Virus record (IMG/VR): IMGVR_UViG_3300022856_000003
Source: a virus
DNA: 64,000 nt
Reading direction: 5' to 3' (one strand)
Positions 43,609 to 52,288 of this stretch are shown one piece after another (position 1 is the stretch's first letter; each line of letters starts with the position of its first letter). Below the pieces are notes generated by a model. The model had not been told where the DNA came from, did no database searches, and saw only the letters and a program-made list of their open reading frames with translations. A program made the translations under genes and the position numbers.

Positions 43609-44568
43609 GTGTCTGTCGGAGCAAAGATGACCTCTCTTCTCACTCTCCCATATGACGAAAGAATTGCGAGTCGCAAAGAACTGGGAGGCCAGATCCTCGC
43701 AGTTCTCAAGCTCTTCAAGTTCCAGGAGATGGACGTACCGAACAACCGCGCTTTTAGACGGTCGCGGAATCTCGAAGCTCCTGGACGATGCTTCGTTCTC
43801 CCTCGGTCCTCTGGCTACTGCCACATCGTCTACTCGAACTTGGCCAATAGTGACATTGCCTTGAGACGGAAGGGCAACGGCTTGAACAAGCTTGAGTCGA
43901 AGCTGGAGATTTCTTTTGGGACTGAAACTAGCCCGTCAATGACTCGATCTGGTCCGGTCATCCTGCCTGGGTGGCTAACTCAGGACGGCAAGCTCAAGGA
44001 GGTCGGGACTAAGAAGAACGATCGCTATGTCCGAATGCTCAGTGTTGATCTGCTCCCTGTTTCTGAACAGGTGAAGAAGTTCGTCGAGAACCTCGAAGGT
44101 CACGACTGGCAACTACGCAATGGCTTCACTCACGTGCAAGCCTGCAAGAATTGCGGTTCTCCGATGTTCGTCGCGAAATCGAGTGGCCGTATGACCTGTT
44201 CCGACATCTGCTGGGAGTTCCCGAAGAGGAACGGTCTCGGAGGACCACCGGGTCCGAACCTCTACATGAAGGGTCTGACTGATCAGATTGAGTACGACCA
44301 CGAGGGACGTGTCGTCTACAACGACCATGAGGCGATCAAGCAGCAAAAGATGATGTACCTCGCGATTCGGACCGAGAGCAACATCCACCTCGGCGAGACG
44401 ACGCAGGATTTCCAGACTCGCGCTCTCGGTCTCTACGTCGTTGAGCACAGCAAAACCCCTCTGACGCCAGGCGACTGGCTAGAGGCGGCTCGACTCGCCA
44501 GGAGTCATGTCGCACCCATCACCACCACGGATGTCGAGAACCTTCTCTCAGACATCCTCTTCGATTGA
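43609..44568 (+). CDS. hypothetical protein with CxxC...CxxxC zinc-finger-like motif
   Basis: CKNCGSPM...CSDIC; start 43609 GTG or 43627 ATG. Confidence 0.65.
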   Translation: MSVGAKMTSLLTLPYDERIASRKELGGQILAVLKLFKFQEMDVPNNRAFRRSRNLEAPGRCFVLPRSSGYCHIVYSNLANSDIALRRKGNGLNKLESKLEISFGTETSPSMTRSGPVILPGWLTQDGKLKEVGTKKNDRYVRMLSVDLLPVSEQVKKFVENLEGHDWQLRNGFTHVQACKNCGSPMFVAKSSGRMTCSDICWEFPKRNGLGGPPGPNLYMKGLTDQIEYDHEGRVVYNDHEAIKQQKMMYLAIRTESNIHLGETTQDFQTRALGLYVVEHSKTPLTPGDWLEAARLARSHVAPITTTDVENLLSDILFD

Positions 44569-44582
44569 ATCAGGAGCCTTTC

Positions 44583-45182
44583 ATGTCCGGTATCAACATC
44601 CCCGAGTCCCTCTTTGCCAAGCACATCGCCAACTGCAACGGCAGTCGCACTGGTGCCACCATCCTCCTGTATCGACAGATGTCCGGGATGACGGCGAAGG
44701 ATCTGGGAGCCGCATCCACGCTCTCCCCCTCGACCATCCGTCGGCTCGAGCAAGGCAACGCGGTCAATGCACCCACCGTCGCCGCCGTCGAGGCTGGCCT
44801 GGGAATGGAGCCCGGTTCTATCCTGCGCGAGTACTTCGCCGAGCAGGATCTCAAGGTCACGGACCTCCCTGACGACATCCTCGCGATGGTGCTCGCGGAG
44901 CTGTCAAAGCAGGCGCTCGAATCTGTGAACCCGACCGACGACGCAGGACGCCCGTACAGCGACGAGGCCGTGAAGATCGTCACGTCGGTTCTCGAGCGCG
45001 CTGATCTCGAGGTGACTGAGCACTGGGCCAGTCGTGACGACCAGGAGACCATCTACGCCGACCTCCAGATCCTCATCGACGAGGAGAAGTTCTACAACCA
45101 CGAGTCGATCATCGACATGGTGATGGGGAACGTCACTGTGGTCGAAGCCAACGAGGTCGCTCCCGCCCAATCCCTGGCATAG
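44583..45182 (+). CDS. XRE/Cro-family HTH transcriptional regulator
   Basis: YRQMSGMTAKDLGAASTLSPSTIRRLEQG; AGGAG SD. Confidence 0.8.
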   Translation: MSGINIPESLFAKHIANCNGSRTGATILLYRQMSGMTAKDLGAASTLSPSTIRRLEQGNAVNAPTVAAVEAGLGMEPGSILREYFAEQDLKVTDLPDDILAMVLAELSKQALESVNPTDDAGRPYSDEAVKIVTSVLERADLEVTEHWASRDDQETIYADLQILIDEEKFYNHESIIDMVMGNVTVVEANEVAPAQSLA

Positions 45183-45250
45183 CCAGAGAACCCCCGTCCT
45201 GATACGGTGCCGAGGCCACGGTAGGTGGCAAAGGCAGACACGAGGTAGCC

Positions 45251-46078
45251 ATGAGTGAAGGCAAAGACAGTCCCGCATCTGCGGAGGGTCCTGACGACCC
45301 GAACAACGAACACCATCTCAACCCTCGACCGGCCTCTGGTAGCTATGAGTTGCCGTGCGGCTACGTCGACAGCGATGGCGAGCTTCACACACATGTGATC
45401 GTCAACGAATTGACGGGTGTGGAAGAGGAGCTTCTGGCTGGTCGTGGCGAGATCTTGTTCCGAATGAACAAGGTCATGGCCAACGCGGTACAGAACGTCG
45501 GGCCGCACCCTGCGACGATGGGCATCATCCACAAGCTCACGGTCGTCGACCGGTACTTCCTCCTCATCGCGCTTCGTCGAGCTTCTCTCGGTGACCGCTA
45601 CGAGGTTGAGGTCGTCTGTCCTTCGTGCAAGGTGAAGCACCGTCGCCACGCGGACCTGGGCTCGCTGCCTATCACGCCGATGGCTGATCCGAAGAAGCGC
45701 AACGTCACAGGGACGACGCCGAACGGGGCCGAGTTCACCCTCCACGTCATGACGGGCAAGGATGAGTTGTGGCTCTCGAAGGCGAAGAAGAAGCTCGACG
45801 GTCATGGGCTCATCACGCTCAACATGATCTGCCGCATGGACTCGTTCGACGGTGTGGAGATCTGCCGAGACATCAAGTCGAAGCAGGAGTTCCTCAGCTC
45901 TGTCAACCGCATCGCCCGCCTGGGTCTGCGTGACCGGAACGCTATCCGACAGGTGATCGACGAGGCCGAAGGCGACATCGACCTGAATCTCGAGTTCTCC
46001 TGCGATGAATGTGGAGAGGACTGGGAACGGGAGCTGGACTTGTCCTCGCGGGATTTCTTCTTCCCGTCGGCGACGTAG
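45251..46078 (+). CDS. tail assembly/baseplate hub chaperone (gp26/51-like)
   Basis: ELPCGY, LTVVDR..LL..LRR, CPSC, CDECG, C-terminal FFFP; upstream of the tape measure gene. Confidence 0.7.
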   Translation: MSEGKDSPASAEGPDDPNNEHHLNPRPASGSYELPCGYVDSDGELHTHVIVNELTGVEEELLAGRGEILFRMNKVMANAVQNVGPHPATMGIIHKLTVVDRYFLLIALRRASLGDRYEVEVVCPSCKVKHRRHADLGSLPITPMADPKKRNVTGTTPNGAEFTLHVMTGKDELWLSKAKKKLDGHGLITLNMICRMDSFDGVEICRDIKSKQEFLSSVNRIARLGLRDRNAIRQVIDEAEGDIDLNLEFSCDECGEDWERELDLSSRDFFFPSAT

Positions 46079-46254
46079 TCTCCCTGGAGAGCGACCAGCT
46101 CTACTTGGTGGATCAGCTCCACTTGTCACCGACGGCGATTCGAGAAATGCCCTGGTCTAGGAGAAAGCGTCTCATCAACGAGCACGTCGAACTTGAACAG
46201 CTCAGGGCTCGCAAGCGAGAAGAGGCCATGCGTAAGGCTCGCCGTAGGAGGTAG
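46051..46254 (+). CDS. small tail-assembly chaperone-like ORF, possibly the -1 frameshift partner of the upstream gene
   Basis: LYLVDQLHLSPTAIREMPWSRRKRLI in the -1 frame; no good own start. Confidence 0.55.
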   Translation, partial: GFLLPVGDVVSLESDQLYLVDQLHLSPTAIREMPWSRRKRLINEHVELEQLRARKREEAMRKARRRR

Positions 46255-46263
46255 ACTGCCGAC

Positions 46264-49146
46264 ATGAAGCTAGGGATCGGATATCTCCTCGGAGCTGCGG
46301 ACAAGGGTGTCAAGAAGGCACTCAAGGTGGTCTTTGGTGGTCTGACCGATACCGAGGAAGCTGCCGAGGGTGCCACCCGTGAAAGCGGGAAGCTCCGCGA
46401 CATGCTCCTGGGGCTCCAGAGCCTTCAGCTTCATGACATCCGTGGGTCGCTCGACGACATCCGATCAGGAGCACAGGGCATCGCCTCTAGTGGCCTGGAC
46501 ACCGAGATCGAGTCGATGTTCGTCTCTTTCGATCAGGGCTTCGCATCGGCGGCTGTGCGCTCTGGAATCATGGGTGCTGAGTTGAAGTCGCTTGAGTCTC
46601 AGGTGTTCAGCACAGCCTTCGCGATGAACCGCAGTGCCGACGAGGTCGGGAACAACGTCCTCGCCCTGGAGAGGGCTGGATTGACGCTTGAACAGATTCT
46701 CGGTAAGGGCGGCACGATGGCCGACTACCAGAAGATGTTGGAGGTCACTGGGATGGAGGCTGGTTCCTTCACGTCCGTGTTCAACGACCTCAACAAGTCC
46801 TGGGGCTTCGGTGAGGAGGGCGCTCGCGACTTCTTCGATGCCTTCTCGAACCAGGCGGCAGTGCTCGGAATCGGAGAGGAGGCGTTCGGTGCTCTCCCTG
46901 GCATGATCACGGAGGTCGACAAGGCGTTCGCCCACCTAGACATGAAGCCTGCCGACATCCAGTCAGCGATGCTCGGGATCGCAAAGCTCGGCGCAGGACT
47001 CCAGGAAGCCATCGGTGAGGACCCGCAGGCGTCGATGCAGAAGGCGACTCAGATGTTCGCTGCCATCGCGGGAGAGGCTGCGACGTTCGACAAGATGATG
47101 GTCGGCATGGGCAGTGGCCTGGGCGACCTCACCAGTGAACTGACCTTCCTCGATGGAGGTCTTGACGGGACGCTCCAGCGGCTCTCGGATGGTGCGAAGG
47201 ATCCCGCCGTGTTCATGTCCGAACTCGGGAACACGTTCGCTGCTCTCGAGGCTGACGGCTCGGCGGCATCGAAGACCTTGAAGGACAGGCTGCTGCACAC
47301 GTTGACTGATCTTGACCCGAGCTTCTCGTTCATGGCACAGCAGGGCACAGACCTGACGACGATGTTCTCGACGATGACAAAGCAGGTTGACAAGAGCAGC
47401 GTGTCTTTGCGCGACATGAGCAACCAGGGCTACCGCTCCGGTCTGACTTTAGGCGAAGGTGTTGACCGCGCTCGCATGTCGATGGAACAGGCGTTCGGCG
47501 GTGCAACCCGCAAGGATCGCGAAGCCTTTGCTAGTTCCATGAGGAAGAGCTACGGGCTCGTTGGTACGACGATTCGGAACCTGACCGTAGACACCGAGGA
47601 GGCCAACAAGGCATGGCTGGAACAGGCGGCGGGCATGGGGCTCTCTGTGAAGGCCGCAGAGCGCCTCAAGGGTCCGCTGGGGTCCGTGGTCGAATACATG
47701 GGCATCTTCGCCTCTGCGGGCGTCCACGGCGTGCTGGTGAAGATGTTTGGGGAGGACTCGGCCATCGCTGCGGGGATCGGAGTCATGGCATCTGGATTCG
47801 CGAGTCTGGCGATGACCCTTCTGCCCATCGTGATCCTGCTCCGACCCATCGCCGGGCCAATCATCAAGGGTCTGGTGAAGAGTCTCGGATTCCTCACGAA
47901 GGCACTCATCAGGACCACCTTGCCTATCGGCTGGATCATCACGGCGATTAGCCTCTTGAGTCTGGCCATCAAGGGGAAGCTCGACGACGCCATCATCAGC
48001 GTGAAGGAAACCCTCGAGAACGCCTTCATCTGGATGGCCACGAAGGGAGCTGACCTGCTCAACCGCGTGACCGACTGGTTCTCGAACCTCGACGGAAAGA
48101 AGACCGCGTCGGCTGCGATGACGTGGATCAAGAGCACTATCGCTGGAATTTTCTCCGGGTTCGATCGCGAGATCAAAGGGAACCCGATGGTGAAGAAGGT
48201 GGCTGTCCAGTTCTGGAACGCGCTCAAGGGCGCTGTGATGGCTGGCGGCAGATTCGTCAGGGACTTCGCGTCCTCAGTCATCGGGAAGATGTCCAGTGTC
48301 GACTGGGGTGTCGCTGGCTACGAGATCGGGCAGAAGGTCACCGGGGCCATCATCAACTTCTTTTCCAAAGCCAAGAGCTTCGCGACTGAGATGGCTCCCA
48401 TCGTCTCCGACCTGATTGGGCAAGCCTTTGAGTTCGTGACCACCCCTGAGTACTGGGCCACCGCGTTTGGATACCTCTGGGAGGGTCTCAAGCTGGTCAT
48501 GAGCTACTCGGCTGGCATCGCAGAGTTCGTCGGTGGGATCTTCATGGGTATCGGACAGGCCGCGACCGACGCACTGTTCGGTGAAGGGACCTGGGCCGCA
48601 GGATGGAACGAGTTCTCCTATCAGATAGGCCGCGTGGCTACGTGGTTCACCGATCTGTGGGAGACCATCAAGGAGGGTGCGTTCAACCTGTTCGGGAACA
48701 GCATCAACACCTTCGTCGAACACGACTTCGGCAAGATCTTCGAGATCATCGAGACGGCGAAGGGCTGGTTCGGTGTCCTGGCTGATGTCGTCTCGGCTGT
48801 GTTCCGTGGAGTCGTGTCCGCCATTGGAGGATTCTTCGACCACTTCAAGCTCATCGGTGCGTTGGTCACGAAGTTGGCTGACAAGTTCGGCTTCAAAGCA
48901 GAGGACGCCGCTGTCGTCGTCAACTCGACCCCAGGTCAGAACACCAAGGGCACACAGGCGCTCGTGTCCCGTGCCGGTGACTCTGCACTCATCACGACGA
49001 TCATCGAGCAGCACACCCAGGACCGTCAGGTGCTCAACAAGATCCTGGCTCGTCTGGGAGCTTCTGCGGCTGCTGGTGCCGCTCCATCCGCAACTGTCTC
49101 TGGCTCGGCTAGCCCCTCTGCTCACGTCGCACAAGGTCTGCACTGA
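46264..49146 (+). CDS. tape measure protein
   Basis: 960-aa A/G-rich helical protein with hydrophobic segments and W/F periodicity; position. Confidence 0.85.
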   Translation: MKLGIGYLLGAADKGVKKALKVVFGGLTDTEEAAEGATRESGKLRDMLLGLQSLQLHDIRGSLDDIRSGAQGIASSGLDTEIESMFVSFDQGFASAAVRSGIMGAELKSLESQVFSTAFAMNRSADEVGNNVLALERAGLTLEQILGKGGTMADYQKMLEVTGMEAGSFTSVFNDLNKSWGFGEEGARDFFDAFSNQAAVLGIGEEAFGALPGMITEVDKAFAHLDMKPADIQSAMLGIAKLGAGLQEAIGEDPQASMQKATQMFAAIAGEAATFDKMMVGMGSGLGDLTSELTFLDGGLDGTLQRLSDGAKDPAVFMSELGNTFAALEADGSAASKTLKDRLLHTLTDLDPSFSFMAQQGTDLTTMFSTMTKQVDKSSVSLRDMSNQGYRSGLTLGEGVDRARMSMEQAFGGATRKDREAFASSMRKSYGLVGTTIRNLTVDTEEANKAWLEQAAGMGLSVKAAERLKGPLGSVVEYMGIFASAGVHGVLVKMFGEDSAIAAGIGVMASGFASLAMTLLPIVILLRPIAGPIIKGLVKSLGFLTKALIRTTLPIGWIITAISLLSLAIKGKLDDAIISVKETLENAFIWMATKGADLLNRVTDWFSNLDGKKTASAAMTWIKSTIAGIFSGFDREIKGNPMVKKVAVQFWNALKGAVMAGGRFVRDFASSVIGKMSSVDWGVAGYEIGQKVTGAIINFFSKAKSFATEMAPIVSDLIGQAFEFVTTPEYWATAFGYLWEGLKLVMSYSAGIAEFVGGIFMGIGQAATDALFGEGTWAAGWNEFSYQIGRVATWFTDLWETIKEGAFNLFGNSINTFVEHDFGKIFEIIETAKGWFGVLADVVSAVFRGVVSAIGGFFDHFKLIGALVTKLADKFGFKAEDAAVVVNSTPGQNTKGTQALVSRAGDSALITTIIEQHTQDRQVLNKILARLGASAAAGAAPSATVSGSASPSAHVAQGLH

Positions 49147-49463
49147 TGGCTAAGGTACGAACCAGCAGGCGGTCATTCCTTCGCAACTGCGAAGTGCAGG
49201 AGGAACAGGTTCTCGACACGGTGTTCACCTACTGGGAGATCTTCGAGCCGCCAGCCATCCTGGAGCAGGACGAGGACATCACCCACACCTGCACCGGTCA
49301 GGATCGGATCGACAGTCTCGCGAACAGGTACTACCAGGACTCGAGGCTCTGGTGGGTCATCGCTCAGGCCAATGACCTGGACGATCCCGTGTCATCCATG
49401 AAGGTCGGTCTTGAGCTGACGATTCCAAACCCTCGCTACGTGCTTGAGCGCGTGGCGGTGTGA
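49146..49463 (+). CDS. LysM/gpX-like baseplate protein
   Basis: DRIDSLANRYYQDSRLWWVIAQAN...LTIP. Confidence 0.85.
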   Translation: MAKVRTSRRSFLRNCEVQEEQVLDTVFTYWEIFEPPAILEQDEDITHTCTGQDRIDSLANRYYQDSRLWWVIAQANDLDDPVSSMKVGLELTIPNPRYVLERVAV

Positions 49464-49474
49464 AATCGATTTCG
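49461..49474. repeat. dispersed palindrome copy overlapping a stop codon
   Basis: TGAAATCGATTTCG. Confidence 0.9.
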
Positions 49475-49484
49475 TAGGTATCAG

Positions 49485-49688
49485 ATGGCCATGATCGCAG
49501 GAAAGGTTCTCGCTCGCACCGGTATGGCGGGAGCTATAGCTGACGCTCTTGAGACCACCTTCGGGAAGGGTTTCGACCCGAAGAAGTCAGAGAAGGCTCT
49601 TGAGGCTATCGCCACCGCCATCGTCATTTACATCCAGACAAATGCCGAGGTGGACTTGTCTGGTTCTGACCCGGCTTCGGTGGACTGA
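49485..49688 (+). CDS. small baseplate-associated protein
   Basis: AIATAIV.YI..NAEV; coupled to the next gene. Confidence 0.55.
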   Translation: MAMIAGKVLARTGMAGAIADALETTFGKGFDPKKSEKALEAIATAIVIYIQTNAEVDLSGSDPASVD

Positions 49689-50962
49689 TGCCGTTCATTG
49701 GAGTCCACGCATCCGCGAAGATCGTCTCGGTCGACGGCCAGAGTCTCGACCTCTGGGGTGAGGATCAGTCGTGGGTCACTGGTGTGAGCATTTCCTTCGG
49801 GATCGGCTTCATCACCACCATCACTGCGACCATCGACATGCCCTACAAGCAAGGGTTGGAGCTGTTGGAAAGCGGGTGGATTGACATCAAGAACTTCCTG
49901 CTCGTTCGCGTCGGGTACAGCAAGACGGGGTTCATGAGCCCGTGGTATTCGGGCATCCTCACGGCTCCCAACGTGTCTTTGAGCCCGAACGGACTCCAGG
50001 GCTCGCTGGTGTCTCATGGCGCTGCGGCTGTGGGAATGGTGAACGGAAGTGGGAAGACGTGGTCTGGCACGCCCTACGACGTGATTGAGGCGATGAAATC
50101 CAAATACGGATGGCACATCGACGACCCCCAGGGGAAGGCGAAGGAAATTCTCGAGGCCGAAGGCGACTGGAACGCCAGCCAGGCCAGGATGGATGACTGG
50201 TCGTTCGTCAAGGACATCTGCGAATCTCGTGGTGTACAGATGTGGGGCGGCAACGACAGCAAAGGTCGTGCTGGCTTGTCTCTGCGATCGACGAACGCCC
50301 AGCTCGCCTCTCAGCCTGTACGCACCTTCGTCATGATGGGTGGGTTCGATATCGCGAAGAATCAGTATCCAGTCATCAGCTTCAACGTCGAGACGGACCA
50401 GAAGTCCATCTTCGCCTCTGGCGCTACTCGCGGAACGCGGTTGATGTATCTGGACGACGAGGCAGAAGAGCAAGTCATCGAGTCCTCTCCGTCCGATTCT
50501 GTGGATCAACACTTGGGAGGGTCGACGACCCAAACAGGAACGTCTGACGGTCAGCAGGACCCCGACACTGGCGCGAAGAACGACGCCACCCCTGATGCGG
50601 GCGGTGCTGACGATGAGGGAGCTGGACTCATCCTCGCCGAGGCCCCAAACGGGGATCACCAGGCGTTCGTCGACGCTGTGGTTCAGGACGCTGAGACTGG
50701 GTTCCCTGGCGTGGTCGTATCTGTCACGACGATAGGCGTCCCGGTTCAATACCCAGCGGAGCTTGTGGGTCTTCGTGGTGCCTCGACGATGTTCGACGGG
50801 ACCTACATGGTGAAGAAGGTGGATCATCAGGTGAACGGCGGCGGCTTCGAGACGACCTGGACTGGCATTCGGAATGCTCTGACCTCTGGGTCGCTCCAGG
50901 ATGCCTCGAACCAGAACACGCTCGACCCGCTTGAGGACGGCGAGTCCGAGGAGGTGACGTGA
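49688..50962 (+). CDS. baseplate hub (gpD/gp27-like late control protein)
   Basis: VRVGY, DDWSFV, IGVP...FDGTYMVKKVDH..GGGFET. Confidence 0.8.
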   Translation: MPFIGVHASAKIVSVDGQSLDLWGEDQSWVTGVSISFGIGFITTITATIDMPYKQGLELLESGWIDIKNFLLVRVGYSKTGFMSPWYSGILTAPNVSLSPNGLQGSLVSHGAAAVGMVNGSGKTWSGTPYDVIEAMKSKYGWHIDDPQGKAKEILEAEGDWNASQARMDDWSFVKDICESRGVQMWGGNDSKGRAGLSLRSTNAQLASQPVRTFVMMGGFDIAKNQYPVISFNVETDQKSIFASGATRGTRLMYLDDEAEEQVIESSPSDSVDQHLGGSTTQTGTSDGQQDPDTGAKNDATPDAGGADDEGAGLILAEAPNGDHQAFVDAVVQDAETGFPGVVVSVTTIGVPVQYPAELVGLRGASTMFDGTYMVKKVDHQVNGGGFETTWTGIRNALTSGSLQDASNQNTLDPLEDGESEEVT

Positions 50963-51834
50963 TCGACGCACAGAGCATCATCGACCTCCTGATCTCGCAG
51001 GTCCGACGCTTCGGCTTCGAGCAGATATTCCAGAGGTACTACGGTATCTATCCGGCCATCGTTGATGACGTGGAGGACGATGAGGGTCGTGGCCGCATCC
51101 GAGTTCGTGTCGCCGCTCTAGGCCAGAAGAAGGCTCCAGAGAGCATTTGGGCTCTGCCCGCTGTCTATGGCGGCTCGGAGGGTTCTGGAGTCTTCTTCCC
51201 TCCTGCAAAGGATGACCGAGTCTGGGTGCAGTTCCAGGGTGGAAATCCCTCGAAGCCTGTCTACATGGGAGGGTTCTTGGGCAAGGGGAAGGCTGCTGAC
51301 GAGTTCGGCGACTACTTCAAGCGCGGTATCCGCACCCCTGCTGGACACTGGATTCGGTTCTCGGATGAGGATGGTGACGAGCACATCACCGTGTCTGCCA
51401 TCGGTGGAGGGTTCGCCACACTCGACAAAGACGGGTCGTTCGAGATCAAGAACGGGAACGACTCCATCATCCACCTTGATGCAGTGGATCAAAAGACCAC
51501 CATCACGGACGAGGGCGGGTCCACTGTGGTCATGGACAACGGCGAGGTGGTCGTGACCTCAAAGGATGGAGGAACGAAACTGACGATGACCTCTACCGGT
51601 TTCACGGTCGACGGTGGTGCCTCCGCAGTGATTGAGGTGTCGGGGAACGTCACCTTGAGAGCTGCAACCGTGAACATCGGCAAGGGAGCGAAGGAGTCTG
51701 TGGTATTGGGTGACTCGTTCCTGAGCTACTTCAACACCCACTTTCACTCGGGCAACCTCGGTGTTCCGACAGGTACTCCTATTGTCCCGATGGTCAAGGG
51801 GGTCCACACCTCGCTCGCAGTGAAGACGAAGTGA
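50959..51834 (+). CDS. baseplate spike (gp5/gpV/VgrG OB-fold)
   Basis: YYGIYPAIV..DDEGRGRIRV, FFPP..DDRVWVQF..GNP..PVYMG, C-terminal HxH (THFH). Confidence 0.9.
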   Translation: MIDAQSIIDLLISQVRRFGFEQIFQRYYGIYPAIVDDVEDDEGRGRIRVRVAALGQKKAPESIWALPAVYGGSEGSGVFFPPAKDDRVWVQFQGGNPSKPVYMGGFLGKGKAADEFGDYFKRGIRTPAGHWIRFSDEDGDEHITVSAIGGGFATLDKDGSFEIKNGNDSIIHLDAVDQKTTITDEGGSTVVMDNGEVVVTSKDGGTKLTMTSTGFTVDGGASAVIEVSGNVTLRAATVNIGKGAKESVVLGDSFLSYFNTHFHSGNLGVPTGTPIVPMVKGVHTSLAVKTK

Positions 51835-51889
51835 CCAACGCAGTTCTGGAAACCCTCTCACTCGACTAGACTGATCACGAGGAGTACGC

Positions 51890-52288
51890 TTGGCGAAGAC
51901 GATCCGAGGATTCAAGATGCCGTTCCAGTCTTCTGGTGGGCGTCTACCTGCGTCTGCGGAAACCGATGACTCGGTCAACGCGAGCATTCGTCGTATCATC
52001 CACACTCGAAAGGGTGAGCGTCCGATGCGACCGAACGTGGGATCAAGGGTCTGGGATTACGTCTTCGAGAACGTCAACGCGACGGCAAAGGCTCTCATCC
52101 GCGCTGACGCTCGCAGGTCGGTGCAGGCTCAGGAGCCCAGAATCACTGTGCTGTCTGTGAAGGTCTCGAGCTTCGATGAGTTGATTGGGTTCCCTGGCCG
52201 CACTGGGTACCTGATCGACTTCACTTACCGGTTGTCTGGAAAGACGTACATGACCTCGACAGAACTCGACCCGGAGGCATCGGCATGA
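51890..52288 (+). CDS. gp25: baseplate wedge/sheath initiator (gp25/gpW-like)
   Basis: IIHTRKGERPMRPNVGS..FE, QEPRI. Confidence 0.9.
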   Translation: MAKTIRGFKMPFQSSGGRLPASAETDDSVNASIRRIIHTRKGERPMRPNVGSRVWDYVFENVNATAKALIRADARRSVQAQEPRITVLSVKVSSFDELIGFPGRTGYLIDFTYRLSGKTYMTSTELDPEASA

